From an uncultured Candidatus Saccharibacteria bacterium (GTDB lineage: Bacteria > Patescibacteriota > Minisyncoccia > Phycocordibacterales > UBA5272): a DNA stretch of 64,000 bases. The position numbers and the translations under genes were made by a program. Below, in pieces: positions 9,205 through 19,311 of this stretch (position 1 is the stretch's first letter; every line of letters starts with the position of its first letter). A model generated the notes under the pieces. The model saw only the letters and a list, made by a program, of their open reading frames with translations. It searched no databases and was not told the origin of the DNA. Location: positions 995 through 64,994 of the forward strand of contig CAYMOA010000002.1 of NCBI GenBank assembly GCA_964391935.1, in the 5' to 3' direction.

Positions 9205-11008
9205 TCACCATCCTGTACCACCTCAATTGTTCATAGGTATACTTTTCTTTGAGGTCATTAAAGACTGTGGACAGCTTAATTTTCCCTTCCTCATCGACTT
9301 TCAACTTGTTTTTTTTAAAACTTTTTTTAATATCGTTAGGAATATTAAAAACTTTAACCCCACTGGGTTGGATTTTCTCCAAATCATTTTTAGTTAACTT
9401 TTCTTTTTCAAAAAGTTCTTCTACATGTTTAGAGATACTTTCCTGTTTGATATCTCGGAGTTCTGCTATTTCTCCTAAACTTTTTCCTTCCTTTATCAAA
9501 TCTAAAGTTATTTCTATTGTTGGTTTTTTATCAACTCCATTTTGCACTTCTCCTTTCACCCCTCCTTCCCAGATGCCACCACACTTTTCTACAAATATTT
9601 TTTGCAAGTTTTCTATTTTTTCTTTTTCCTCCTTTTGCGACTTTTTAAACTTATCTTGGATGAACCTCGAGTCTTTTCTGATCTTTTCATCAAACTCAGA
9701 AATAATACTATTAACCTGCAAACTTTTAGGGTTATAGCTTTTTAAAAATAATCCTTCGAGAGAACGCAGTCTGGAAAGTGCCACATAGCCTTGCCCAAAC
9801 TCAAAAGTCTCACCCAAGTTGATGATCGCCTCATCGAGAGACATACCCTGAGACTTGTGAACTGTGATAGCCCAGGCGAGGCGTAGTGGGTACTGCATGA
9901 TTTTGGCTTTTACTTTTCCCTCGTCCTCGTATTTCCATTCTTCTTGTTTGGCATCAATTATTTTTCCATTTGTCGTCTCAATAACTATCCCGTCTTTGTC
10001 CAGGTCTTGGACAATCCCCATGGTACCATTCACATATTTACCCTCCATATCATTTTTAGTAAAAATAACTTTAGCACCGACTTTTAGTTTTAAAGTCTCT
10101 GGAGATAAACAAGATTTGATTAGGTTCTCAACCAAACTGGCTCTGCCCTGTGTAAACATGTTGTAGGTAAAAACTTTTCCGTCTAGTGAATTCAACTTTC
10201 CTTCATTTATCTCGTCCACATTTTTATTGTGCGAATGCAGTTCGAGAATGTCCTGCTCCTCCTGGGTTTCAAGTGCTTTTTCTTTTTTTACTTCTACTTT
10301 TTTTTCTAAAATTATTTCTTCTTCCTCCCACTCACCTTCATTTTTTTCTTTTGGTAATTCCCAACCAAATTTTTCAAATGTTTTTTTCTTTAAATCCTCA
10401 AGTATTTCTACATGAAACTCATCAATATTATTTTCTCTTATCGCCATAAGTAGTTTGGTAAAAGTCTCGTCAGTCTGACGAAATTGTTCTTCTAGATAAC
10501 AGGTTAACGGTCGGGCTTCTTTCCATGCAGAACTCATAAATGCAAAATATTTGGTAGCTTCCCCTCTTTTCGTCACGGGTGGCAGTTGGAAAAAATCTCC
10601 AACAAAAATCATCTGGATCCCTCCAAAAGCTTTCTCACTTTTTTTCACCGCTTTTAAAATCACATTTACTTTGTCCAATACCTTAGCATCGAGCATAGAT
10701 ATCTCATCTATTATTAAAACTTTGGTATCAACCAGTTTTTTGTACAGCTTTTCACGTTGCATTATCTGCTCGATCACATCTTGGTCGAGGTAGTCGACCA
10801 CACCGATACCAATAAAAGAGTGGAGAGTTCGTCCACCGATGTGAGTTGCTGCGATACCGGTCGAGGCAGTGATCGCAGGGAAAATTCCCTTGTCTTTTAA
10901 CCACTCCACATACTTATTGATCACATAAGTTTTCCCGGCTCCTGGTACCCCAGTCAGAAAAACATTACTCCCAGTTTTTAAAATCTCCAACGCCTCTCTT
11001 TGTAACAT
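9197..11008 (-). CDS. PIF1/RecD-family ATP-dependent DNA helicase with C-terminal HTH-like tail
   Basis: Walker A GVPGAGKTY, Walker B LIIDEISM, motif GDFFQLPPV, and helicase motif TVHKSQGMSLD typical of Pif1/RecD. Confidence 0.75.
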   Translation of the reverse strand: MLQREALEILKTGSNVFLTGVPGAGKTYVINKYVEWLKDKGIFPAITASTGIAATHIGGRTLHSFIGIGVVDYLDQDVIEQIMQREKLYKKLVDTKVLIIDEISMLDAKVLDKVNVILKAVKKSEKAFGGIQMIFVGDFFQLPPVTKRGEATKYFAFMSSAWKEARPLTCYLEEQFRQTDETFTKLLMAIRENNIDEFHVEILEDLKKKTFEKFGWELPKEKNEGEWEEEEIILEKKVEVKKEKALETQEEQDILELHSHNKNVDEINEGKLNSLDGKVFTYNMFTQGRASLVENLIKSCLSPETLKLKVGAKVIFTKNDMEGKYVNGTMGIVQDLDKDGIVIETTNGKIIDAKQEEWKYEDEGKVKAKIMQYPLRLAWAITVHKSQGMSLDEAIINLGETFEFGQGYVALSRLRSLEGLFLKSYNPKSLQVNSIISEFDEKIRKDSRFIQDKFKKSQKEEKEKIENLQKIFVEKCGGIWEGGVKGEVQNGVDKKPTIEITLDLIKEGKSLGEIAELRDIKQESISKHVEELFEKEKLTKNDLEKIQPSGVKVFNIPNDIKKSFKKNKLKVDEEGKIKLSTVFNDLKEKYTYEQLRWYRMVID

Positions 11009-11010
11009 TT

Positions 11011-11586
11011 TTACAGTATACTACATCCCAATTCTTCCAATTTTTCTGCAACTTTTCTAAGTGGCAATCCCATGGCATTAAAAAAATCTCCTTCTATTTT
11101 TTCTATTAATAATGCACCTTTTTCTTGTAAAGCATAAGAACCAGCACGATCAAGTGGCTCTCCTGTATCTATATACTCTTCGATCATTTTTTCTGAAAGA
11201 TTCATCATTTTTACCTTTGTACTTTCTGCAAAAGTTTGTATCAAGTTATTGGAAGTATCTAAAATGGCAACACCAGTTAAAATCTCATGATTTTTCCCAC
11301 TTAACATTTGTAACATTTCTTTAGCTTTTTCTTTAGTAAAAGGTTTTCCTAGTTTATGATTTTCAAAAACTATAAAAGTGTCAGCAGAGATAATTATAGA
11401 GTCAGGATATTTATCTTTCACAGAATTTACTTTTCCAGATGCTAGAAATAGGACTAATTCCTCTGGATCCATTTGCAATGTCATGTCCTCTTCGTAATCA
11501 ATTGAAACAACTTCAAAAGGAATTTTTAATTTCTCTAATATTTCTTTTCTCCTAGGAGAGGTCGAAGCTAGTATAATTTTTTTCAT
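11011..11586 (-). CDS. maf: Maf-like nucleoside triphosphate pyrophosphatase (septum formation protein)
   Basis: N-terminus ILASTSPRRKEIL is the Maf signature. 191 aa. Confidence 0.85.
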   Translation of the reverse strand: MKKIILASTSPRRKEILEKLKIPFEVVSIDYEEDMTLQMDPEELVLFLASGKVNSVKDKYPDSIIISADTFIVFENHKLGKPFTKEKAKEMLQMLSGKNHEILTGVAILDTSNNLIQTFAESTKVKMMNLSEKMIEEYIDTGEPLDRAGSYALQEKGALLIEKIEGDFFNAMGLPLRKVAEKLEELGCSIL

Positions 11587-11593
11587 TTGTGTC

Positions 11594-11890
11594 TTATTTT
11601 ATCTTCTCTAAATTTTCCCAACCGTAATAATTAAACATTTTTTTCTCCGGGCTTTTCTCACTACAAATAATTCTCGCGAGTTCGGCACGACCACCACTTG
11701 CACAAACAAACACTACATTTTCTTTTGGTGTATTTTTTATCTCATCTATTTTCCCTGCTAATATTTCTCCCATCGGGATATTTACTGACCTTTCGTCATG
11801 ACCACTTACAAATTCACCTTTATCTCTCACATCCACCAACAAACTATTTTCCAAATTTATATTTTCATTTAATTCATTCATATTTCTCAA
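11594..11890 (-). CDS. Rhodanese-like domain protein
   Basis: 98 aa. Active-site loop VFVCASGGRAELAR (CxxGxR). Confidence 0.75.
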   Translation of the reverse strand: MRNMNELNENINLENSLLVDVRDKGEFVSGHDERSVNIPMGEILAGKIDEIKNTPKENVVFVCASGGRAELARIICSEKSPEKKMFNYYGWENLEKIK

Positions 11891-12125
11891 ATCTTTTTAT
11901 TTTTTGACCATTCCATTCTACCACCTCTTCCCAACTTTTTAAAAGTCTAGAGAAACATGGAAAATCAGGGTTTTCGTACGCAGCCTCATACACAACACAG
12001 ATCTCATCTGGGTCATTATGTTCTGCAATCAAAATAACTTTGTACAAATCCCCTTTATAGTGTTTATATACTTCCCCAACCTTTGGACAATTTTCTGGCA
12101 CTATAGCTTTATCACCTCTTGTCAT
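11874..12125 (-). CDS. DUF1653 family protein
   Basis: 83 aa. VYKHYKGDLYKVILIAEHNDPDEICVVY matches the DUF1653 core. Confidence 0.6.
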   Translation of the reverse strand: MTRGDKAIVPENCPKVGEVYKHYKGDLYKVILIAEHNDPDEICVVYEAAYENPDFPCFSRLLKSWEEVVEWNGQKIKRFEKYE

Positions 12126-12145
12126 ATATTTTCTATTGTAATATC

Positions 12146-13132
12146 CTACCTCCCTCTTCTCATTGAAGATTTCCTATTATCTAATGCCTCGGAAATTTCT
12201 TTGATTTTCTCTAATGTCAGTGGCTCAAAAAGATCAGTCTGAAAAAAAATATTGTCTAAATATCTACTTCGCGAATACTTTAATGTTGCTTTGCTGCTTA
12301 GAGATTGTTTAATCTTAACGAAATTCTCACTAATTACATCCGCACTCTTTATGAATCTGTCATAATCTCTTTTTACTAATGTAGGTAATATTATAGTAAA
12401 GAAGTCTGATAAAATTTCTTCCTCATCTTTTCTTATGTCACGAATTAAGTTTGAATAAATTTTATAAAATGAATCGTAAATTTCGGAGAAAGAAAAGGTA
12501 AGATCATTTTTTGCCATAATATCTAAGCAAATCCTTAAAATTGGCTCTGTTATAGAGTGTGCCTGAAACTCTAAAGTAGGAAGTCTATCATACATATTTT
12601 CTTGATTTATACCAGAATGCTTGTAATCTAAAAGATATTTTGTATATCTTCCAAAACTGTCATCAGAATTTATTTGATGTGATGCTTCAGCAATGAAACT
12701 TTCCAGAAGTTCGCTTCTGTCTAAATATATAGTTTTACCTATATAAAATGCTGGGTAGTCCACCCTCCCAACTGTTCTCTGGAGAGCTTTTGCCGCCATA
12801 ACTTTGATTTTATCTTTTTTTGAATCCTCTTCCCCGACAATAACTATATCCAAATTTGGTAAGATTTTAGAAAAAAAATCTGTAAATCTTTTTGCCATAA
12901 GATTTAATTCCTCGTTATTATCTATATTTTTTCTTTTTGAATACCCTAATGTATACTCTGCGGCAATTTCATAAAACAAATTTCTTGTTCTTTCGTTCCA
13001 TTTATTTGAAGTAGAATCTTCTATAGCCCTATCTTTCATTAGAACAGGAGATTCTTGGTTACTTCCGTATACACCAGCAAGAAATGCAGCTATACCTGCA
13101 GTAGTAATTACTTTTCTTGACTTTCCTTCCAT
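12146..13132 (-). CDS. Hypothetical protein (N-terminal hydrophobic segment)
   Basis: 328 aa ORF, no recognisable motif. Confidence 0.4.
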   Translation of the reverse strand: MEGKSRKVITTAGIAAFLAGVYGSNQESPVLMKDRAIEDSTSNKWNERTRNLFYEIAAEYTLGYSKRKNIDNNEELNLMAKRFTDFFSKILPNLDIVIVGEEDSKKDKIKVMAAKALQRTVGRVDYPAFYIGKTIYLDRSELLESFIAEASHQINSDDSFGRYTKYLLDYKHSGINQENMYDRLPTLEFQAHSITEPILRICLDIMAKNDLTFSFSEIYDSFYKIYSNLIRDIRKDEEEILSDFFTIILPTLVKRDYDRFIKSADVISENFVKIKQSLSSKATLKYSRSRYLDNIFFQTDLFEPLTLEKIKEISEALDNRKSSMRRGR

Positions 13133-13138
13133 ACAAAA

Positions 13139-13558
13139 CTACATTAATAAAATAAATGTTGCGAGCATGATACCGATCAGTTGCATTCCAAGCATGATCC
13201 CGATTTGTTTTGCCCAATTATGTCTTTTTGTACTACCAAAAATAACCCCTGAAACTGTTACTGGCATCATATAACCAAACCACATAAAGAAAGCGTAGAA
13301 GTACGCAGCTGCACCAACAAGTCCACCAAATGCAATATTACTAGCCAAAACCCAAGTAGTGATGAGAGTGAGAACAAGTTGTAACCCCATAAAAGGCATC
13401 ATAGTCTTTTGCATTTTTTGCAATTCCTCTTTTGAGTAATGAGATACTTCCATGATCGACATCCAGATTTTTCCAAACATAAGTGGAGAATACCAAACAG
13501 CACCAAACACAAATTGCACAACTGCCGCCACTATTACTAATGTATAATTTATTTCCAT
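13139..13558 (-). CDS. DUF1761 family membrane protein (tandem paralog 1)
   Basis: 139 aa. N-terminal VVQFVFGAVWYSPLMFGKIW matches the DUF1761 signature. Confidence 0.6.
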   Translation of the reverse strand: MEINYTLVIVAAVVQFVFGAVWYSPLMFGKIWMSIMEVSHYSKEELQKMQKTMMPFMGLQLVLTLITTWVLASNIAFGGLVGAAAYFYAFFMWFGYMMPVTVSGVIFGSTKRHNWAKQIGIMLGMQLIGIMLATFILLM

Positions 13559-13581
13559 ATATTTTTTATTTTATTTTTTAA

Positions 13582-13998
13582 TTACATCGACGCGATGATA
13601 GCACCCATTGCCAAGAAACAAAGTAAAGACGAACCAATCTCAAATAACCAAAGTTTAGGTGACTTGCCCATCCAGATAACATCCATTGATGTAGCAGTAA
13701 CTACGAACCCAAGCCACACCCAGAAGGCCACACCCATGCCTCCTAAAGCACTCCCAACATTATTGTGGTAGAGAGCTGAAACAAAAATAATATTTGCTAA
13801 ACAGTAAGCTGTTAAAAGGTTTGCTAAGAAATTTTTAAACATCATGCCATACATGTCAGACATTTTTTCTTTTCCAGTTGGTTTGATATTTGCGAGCTTC
13901 ATCCACAGTTTCCCCGCGATAGGACCATGCATTAGAAATCCGATAACAAAACAAGCCACAGCAGCCACGAACACAGCAGTTAAATTAATTGGTAACAT
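13582..13998 (-). CDS. DUF1761 family membrane protein (tandem paralog 2)
   Basis: 138 aa. Same architecture as the neighbour (…GFLMHGPIAGKLWMK…). Confidence 0.6.
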   Translation of the reverse strand: MLPINLTAVFVAAVACFVIGFLMHGPIAGKLWMKLANIKPTGKEKMSDMYGMMFKNFLANLLTAYCLANIIFVSALYHNNVGSALGGMGVAFWVWLGFVVTATSMDVIWMGKSPKLWLFEIGSSLLCFLAMGAIIASM

Positions 13999-14049
13999 AG
14001 ATTTTTCTATTTTTATTTATATAAATTTTAAGTACCACTAAAGTATACA

Positions 14050-14274
14050 CTATTTTATTTCTATCAACTTCTTGGTAGAAAGTGCCCCACTGACTATGCG
14101 CATTCTTTTGTTTGGGTAAAGTTCACCTAGGACTTTTAAAACTTTTTTATTAGCCTGCCCTCGCTCTGCCGCTTCTCGGATATACATTTTAAAATTCAAA
14201 GTCCCGTCTTCGTTTTCTATTTTCTCTATCAACTCTTTCTTAAAATCAGGAAACACCGTTACTTTGATATACAT
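14050..14274 (-). CDS. DUF167/YggU family protein
   Basis: 74 aa. IKVTV.P…K.E….E..G…..V……GQANK.VLKVL…..K…..G..S..K is the UPF0235 pattern. Confidence 0.65.
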   Translation of the reverse strand: MYIKVTVFPDFKKELIEKIENEDGTLNFKMYIREAAERGQANKKVLKVLGELYPNKRMRIVSGALSTKKLIEIK

Positions 14275-14294
14275 GTGTAAATTAAAACAAATTA

Positions 14295-14303
14295 TGGTAT
14301 AAT
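14295..14303 (+). promoter_or_regulatory. Extended -10 element (TGGTATAAT) upstream of the rlmB-like gene
   Basis: TGnTATAAT lies ~30 nt upstream of the ATG at 14333. Confidence 0.4.
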
Positions 14304-14332
14304 GTCAAGCAAGTAAATAATTAAACAAATAT

Positions 14333-15103
14333 ATGGAGAAAAACGAAACAATGTATATCTTTGGGAAAAACGCAGTTCTGGCTGCACTCCAAAACCGACC
14401 AGACATTATCGAGCGAATCTTTATCGAAAAAGACAAGGGTTTTGAGGCTGGTAAGTTAAATGATTTTGAGAAAAAAGTTGAGGATATTATCAAGGAAAAG
14501 AAAATAAAAAAGGAAATTGTCTCAACTGGTGACCTCTCACGTGAGATGCAAGCTGCCAACCACCAAGGGATATTGGCCAAAGTTCGCGTGGATGACCTAA
14601 CAGTTAACTTTGAATACTTCATCGAGAACTTGGAGATCGACTCAAATGCATGTCTAGTTCTACTCGGCGAACTACAAGATGTACAAAATGTTGGATCTAT
14701 CATCCGCTCGGCAACCGCCTTTGGCGTAGCTGGTATCCTCATCCCTGAACATGACCAAGCCCAAGTAAACGGTACAGTAGTCAAAGTTTCTGCTGGTACC
14801 GCCTTTAACATCCCACTAGTTAAAATAAATAATGTGAACAATTGTATCGAGAAGTTAAAAGAAAAAAGATTCTGGGTTTATGGACTAGACGTGTCAGGTG
14901 AAAAAACTATTTACGAAGAAGACTTTACAGAAGCAACTTGTTTTGTGATCGGTAACGAAGGTGACGGAATACGCGCAAAAACTAAAGAAGCTTGTGACAT
15001 GCTTTTAAATATCCCTATCTCACAAAATGTAGAAAGTCTGAACGCTTCTATCTCAACAGCGATAACTTTGTACGAGTGGAGAAAACAAAAGTTGGCTAAA
15101 TAG
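14333..15103 (+). CDS. SpoU/TrmH-family RNA 2'-O-methyltransferase (RlmB-like)
   Basis: N-terminal substrate-binding domain plus SPOUT motifs (LVLLGELQDVQNVGSIIRSA, FVIGNEGDGIR, LNASISTAI). Confidence 0.8.
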   Translation: MEKNETMYIFGKNAVLAALQNRPDIIERIFIEKDKGFEAGKLNDFEKKVEDIIKEKKIKKEIVSTGDLSREMQAANHQGILAKVRVDDLTVNFEYFIENLEIDSNACLVLLGELQDVQNVGSIIRSATAFGVAGILIPEHDQAQVNGTVVKVSAGTAFNIPLVKINNVNNCIEKLKEKRFWVYGLDVSGEKTIYEEDFTEATCFVIGNEGDGIRAKTKEACDMLLNIPISQNVESLNASISTAITLYEWRKQKLAK

Positions 15104-16919
15104 TTAAAGTATTTTCTAAAGTAGATGTTCGCGTGACATAATTATTTTTTGTATATTCTTGCCAAGAGTTTTTGAATTCTAAATTTTTATTTAATAATTC
15201 TTCAAAACTTCCCTCGTCAACAATCTTACCCTCTTGCATAATAAGTATCCTGTCAAAATATTTTAATAAATTCATTTTGTGAATCGAAGCAAAAATTGTA
15301 GCTCCTTTAAAATTTTCAAAAATGTTGTGGTAAATTTTTACTTCGTTAATAGGATCAACAGAACTTGTAGACTCATCGAGCAAAATAAGTTTTTTGTTTT
15401 TTGAAAACAAAAGTGCCCGAGCCAATGCTAATCTCTGTTTCTGTCCACCCGAAAGGTTTACCCCTTTTTCATTAATTATCGATAGTATTTTATTTGGGAG
15501 GTTTTCTATAACTTCGGAAAACATGGACATATCTGTGGCTTTTTTTATTTCTGCATCAGAAAAATCTGAGAGCAAGGTCAGGTTTTCTTTTATACTTGCA
15601 GAAAAAACTTCTGGCTCTTGTGGTACGAGAGCAGAGGCAATATCTAATTTTGCTAACTCAAAATCATTCAACTTTTTATTATCAACTTCTACATTTGCAA
15701 AGATGCCTTCGTACATACCATGGATTATTTTTAGTAAAGTTGATTTACCAGAACCAGACTCACCTATGATCGCTACCTTCTCTCCACTAGAAAAAGAAAA
15801 AATTAAATCGTCTACAACTTTTCTATCATCACCATTGTAACTGAAATTCAAATTTTCTATAGAAATTTTTTTCCAATCCTTAAAACTTTTTTGTTTGATT
15901 TTGTTTAACTTTATAAAATTTTCTTCTATTTCCTTTACTCCCAAAACCCTCGACCTTTGAATAGTTATGTCATCATAAGTCCCTGCGATATTTTGATAAA
16001 CATTTTCGAAATTCTTCAAATACATGAACAAAGAAGAAATTGTACCAACCAAAATCTCCTTTCCGTTTATAAAATCAAAATATATGTAAACTACAACCGA
16101 GGCAGTTATCAAAAAATCAAAAACAAACCCACCAGTAAACCATTTCTTTTCAACTAAAATCTTGTTTTTCATATAAAGCGAAAAAGACTTCCACCAAGCA
16201 TTTTTTATACCGAGCAAGATTGAATCTTCTATTTTTAAAACTTTAACACTAGTCACATTTGACAGTGCATCAAAAACTTTTGCCTGAGCTTTATTATCAA
16301 ACTCATTGATATCTTTATATTGCGGTATCAATGTTTTATCAAACTGCAACAAGATAAAAATTGCAAGACATAAAAGTAATACAGCAAAAAAACCAACATA
16401 AACATTAAAATAAACTAGAACTGAAGTCGTTACTATAATATTAACCAAAACTCCTAAAACCACAAAAGTGGACCTAGAGAACTGAAACACAGCCGCGGTT
16501 GCTTTATCAACTTTGTCTATGGTGTCCCCAGAATCGTGGTCAGAGTGCCAAGTGATCGGCAAACTCAAGACAGCATTGTACAAATATTTTTTATAATTCC
16601 TGTCGACTTTATAACCAAGTCTTCTCTCCATAACTCTACTTGGTCCATGAAAAAACCATCCGGAGACTGCAGAGAAAAATATCAGAAACAAAAGTGTAAA
16701 AATATGGTAAAGGTTTTCTGATGTCACTCCATTTTTCTGAATTTCATTTAATACTAAACCAAAAATAAAAGGTTCTAACATCCAAGTAAGTCTTCCAAAG
16801 ATCGATAGTACCCACATCACAATTACCTCTCTTTTAGAATCCTCTGAAAATCGCCACATGCGCCCCACCATGAAAATTACTGGTTCTTGTGAGATTTTTT
16901 CTTTAAGTCTTTTAAACAT
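15096..16919 (-). CDS. ABC transporter, fused permease/ATP-binding protein (exporter type)
   Basis: N-terminal 6-TM domain. Walker A GESGSGKST, signature LSGGQKQRLALARAL, Walker B LILLDESTS. Confidence 0.8.
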   Translation of the reverse strand: MFKRLKEKISQEPVIFMVGRMWRFSEDSKREVIVMWVLSIFGRLTWMLEPFIFGLVLNEIQKNGVTSENLYHIFTLLFLIFFSAVSGWFFHGPSRVMERRLGYKVDRNYKKYLYNAVLSLPITWHSDHDSGDTIDKVDKATAAVFQFSRSTFVVLGVLVNIIVTTSVLVYFNVYVGFFAVLLLCLAIFILLQFDKTLIPQYKDINEFDNKAQAKVFDALSNVTSVKVLKIEDSILLGIKNAWWKSFSLYMKNKILVEKKWFTGGFVFDFLITASVVVYIYFDFINGKEILVGTISSLFMYLKNFENVYQNIAGTYDDITIQRSRVLGVKEIEENFIKLNKIKQKSFKDWKKISIENLNFSYNGDDRKVVDDLIFSFSSGEKVAIIGESGSGKSTLLKIIHGMYEGIFANVEVDNKKLNDFELAKLDIASALVPQEPEVFSASIKENLTLLSDFSDAEIKKATDMSMFSEVIENLPNKILSIINEKGVNLSGGQKQRLALARALLFSKNKKLILLDESTSSVDPINEVKIYHNIFENFKGATIFASIHKMNLLKYFDRILIMQEGKIVDEGSFEELLNKNLEFKNSWQEYTKNNYVTRTSTLENTLTI

Positions 16920-16944
16920 TCACACATTATACCATCAACTTTAT

Positions 16945-17400
16945 TTAGATTTCTAGAACTTCTTTGGCATGTATATTTTCTTTAGTAGATACTTTTCCAA
17001 AGATTTTGATTACTTTTCCCTTTTCATCAAATAAATAAGAAATTCTATTAATCCCCATATACTTTTTACCGTACATACTTTTCTCACCCCAAGCTCCAAA
17101 CTTTTGTATAGTCTCTGTCGACTCATCTGATAATAAATCAAAATTTAATTTATATTTCAGAGCAAACTTTTTATGACTTTTTACTGAGTCCTTGGAAATC
17201 CCAACAATCACAATCCCTTTCTCTTCAAAATGTTTTATAAAATCCCGAAAGCCACAGGCCTCCATAGTGCAACCTGGGGTGTCGTCTTTGGGGTAAAAAT
17301 AAATTAAAACTTTTTTATTTTTAAAATCTTTTTCACTCACAAACTCACCTTCTTGGTTTTGTAATTTAAATATTGGTAATTTATCTCCTGTTTTTAACAT
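16945..17400 (-). CDS. bcp: Peroxiredoxin Bcp (thiol peroxidase)
   Basis: FYPKDDTPGCTMEACGFRD has the peroxidatic-Cys motif of the Bcp/PrxQ subfamily. Confidence 0.85.
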   Translation of the reverse strand: MLKTGDKLPIFKLQNQEGEFVSEKDFKNKKVLIYFYPKDDTPGCTMEACGFRDFIKHFEEKGIVIVGISKDSVKSHKKFALKYKLNFDLLSDESTETIQKFGAWGEKSMYGKKYMGINRISYLFDEKGKVIKIFGKVSTKENIHAKEVLEI

Positions 17401-17402
17401 AA

Positions 17403-18149
17403 TTATTTTAGTAACTTAGACTGTTCATCCATATTCTTTGCAGCTTCTTTTCGGTTCTCTTTGCTCATTAAATCTCTACCAACGTTTAACATAAATCTAC
17501 CCTGGTCAAGTCCAAATAATTTTACTGTTTCTAGAAAAATTTTCAGATCACCTCCTTGTGCTCCTATTCCTGGGACCAGGAACTTTACTTTTTCATCTTT
17601 GATTCTTTTTAAGAATTCTTGAAAATATATATTTTCTTTTTCATAAGTACCACCTAAAACTAACCAGTCAGCTCCCGCCTCTAAACTTTCTTCTAATCTG
17701 TCCTGCCACAAATTTTTACCAGTGACCGGGTTAATATATGTCGACTCACGCAAAAATTCTGGATTACTCATTAACCCCATATTTATGCTCCCTATATTAT
17801 TTTCTCGACAAAAATTAATGACTTCTTTTGCATTCCCTGCATAGGCTGCAATCGTAATAAAATCATAACCTAATACTTTGGCCGCACGTACTCCCTCAAA
17901 ATTACTATGACCTACTTCTGAAAGTTTTTCATCGAAAATAGATACCAAGTCTTTTTGTTTACACAGCTCGGCTATTTTTTTCATAATTTCATTACCATTT
18001 GGAAATTTAAAAAAAAATTTTGGGTTAACTTTTATCCCGGCCACATGCTCACTAACTTCTTCTATATATTTTAAACACCACTCTAGTGGGTCACTCCCTT
18101 TTAATATTTCTTCTGTTGGGTCGCAGCCCGCAATTATATTATTTCTCAT
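17403..18149 (-). CDS. Orotidine-5'-phosphate decarboxylase family protein (type-2-like)
   Basis: 248 aa TIM-barrel-like. DEKLSEVGHS fits the D-x-K-x-x-[DE] catalytic motif of the OMPDC/KGPDC fold. Assignment to pyrF is tentative. Confidence 0.45.
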   Translation of the reverse strand: MRNNIIAGCDPTEEILKGSDPLEWCLKYIEEVSEHVAGIKVNPKFFFKFPNGNEIMKKIAELCKQKDLVSIFDEKLSEVGHSNFEGVRAAKVLGYDFITIAAYAGNAKEVINFCRENNIGSINMGLMSNPEFLRESTYINPVTGKNLWQDRLEESLEAGADWLVLGGTYEKENIYFQEFLKRIKDEKVKFLVPGIGAQGGDLKIFLETVKLFGLDQGRFMLNVGRDLMSKENRKEAAKNMDEQSKLLK

Positions 18150-19308
18150 ATACTTTTTCGGTTTCGTCTAACATATTTTTAAGAGAATATATTTTTGGTA
18201 AATTGGTTTCTGTATGAGGTTTATTTAAATTCTCCAAAATTTTATTTTTTATTTGCTCGACATTTTTTGCTTCTACCAAGTCAATGGAAATATGTTTTGC
18301 CATCTCAGGAATCCCTCCCACCGCACTAGCGACTATTGGCACTCCTGCCATACTCGCTTCGATCAAAGTATAAGGCAAACCTTCTTTTACACTTGTAAGA
18401 GTAAAGACGTCCAGACCACGCAGATATTTATAAGCATCAACAGTTTTACCTAAAAAGAAAAAGTTATTGGCTAGATTATTTTTTCTTACTTTTACTTCTA
18501 ACTCTTCTCTATACTTCTCGTCTCCAAAACCTAAAACCAAAAAAATAGTATTGGGACTAACTTTTTTGATTTGAGCTGCTGCATCTATAAAATATTCTAA
18601 GCCTTTGGTTTTGTACAGATTGGAAATGGTGCCGACTATTTTTGATGAACTTTTTCCAAATGGAACAGGTGGAGTTTTTTCTAATAAATATTTTCTCGCC
18701 TCTTCTCTACTTAAAATTTTACTTTTTAAACTCTCATCCAGACCATTGTAAATTATTTTATAAGACCCCTCCTGACCACGAAGAATTAATAATTTTTTAC
18801 CGAGATTATAATCAACTGGAGAAATGAGGATAGTAAAGCTGCGAGCAAAGCTAGACACAAGTTCTAAGAAAACAAAGAAATATTTTTTTATAAAACTCAT
18901 CGGCTCTAGAAAAACAAAACCATGCACAGTGTAGATTGATCTGGTCCTCCCAAAAAATATATTGTAAATAAAACAAGCGAGACCCCCAACTACCCCAACT
19001 TTGGAACTATGCAGGTGCACCACGTCGGGTTTTGTTTTCTTCAGCAAATCTATTATTTCCCACACAGCTTTTACATCTTTTTTTATTATTACTTCTCTTT
19101 GTAAATTTTTTAATTCAAAATCAGCTTGCAACCATTTGTCTCCCTCATTTTCTATTTCTCCCACAGCAATAAAAACTTCGTGACCTCTCTCTTTCATTCC
19201 CACAGACAAATCCAGCACATTTTTCTGCGCCCCTCCCCACTCACCCTGTGTAACTATATACAAAATCCTCATAGATTTATGATAATCTCTATTACCAAAA
19301 AAGTCCAA
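18139..19308 (-). CDS. Glycosyltransferase family 4 (GT-B fold)
   Basis: C-terminal EGLPYTLIEASMAGVPIVASAVGGIPE is the GT4 E-x7-E motif region. Confidence 0.8.
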   Translation of the reverse strand: MDFFGNRDYHKSMRILYIVTQGEWGGAQKNVLDLSVGMKERGHEVFIAVGEIENEGDKWLQADFELKNLQREVIIKKDVKAVWEIIDLLKKTKPDVVHLHSSKVGVVGGLACFIYNIFFGRTRSIYTVHGFVFLEPMSFIKKYFFVFLELVSSFARSFTILISPVDYNLGKKLLILRGQEGSYKIIYNGLDESLKSKILSREEARKYLLEKTPPVPFGKSSSKIVGTISNLYKTKGLEYFIDAAAQIKKVSPNTIFLVLGFGDEKYREELEVKVRKNNLANNFFFLGKTVDAYKYLRGLDVFTLTSVKEGLPYTLIEASMAGVPIVASAVGGIPEMAKHISIDLVEAKNVEQIKNKILENLNKPHTETNLPKIYSLKNMLDETEKVYEK

Positions 19309-19311
19309 TTT

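Noticed and set aside
8339-9737. Plus-strand ORFs 8339..8959, 9158..9397 and 9249..9737 overlapping the DMT, response regulator and helicase genes
   Set aside because: Antisense shadows of motif-supported minus-strand genes. They are hydrophobic and low-complexity with no start context.
14305-14841. 178-aa ORF on the minus strand opposite the rlmB-like gene
   Set aside because: Entirely antisense to a well-supported SpoU methyltransferase gene, with low-complexity composition. It is a shadow ORF.
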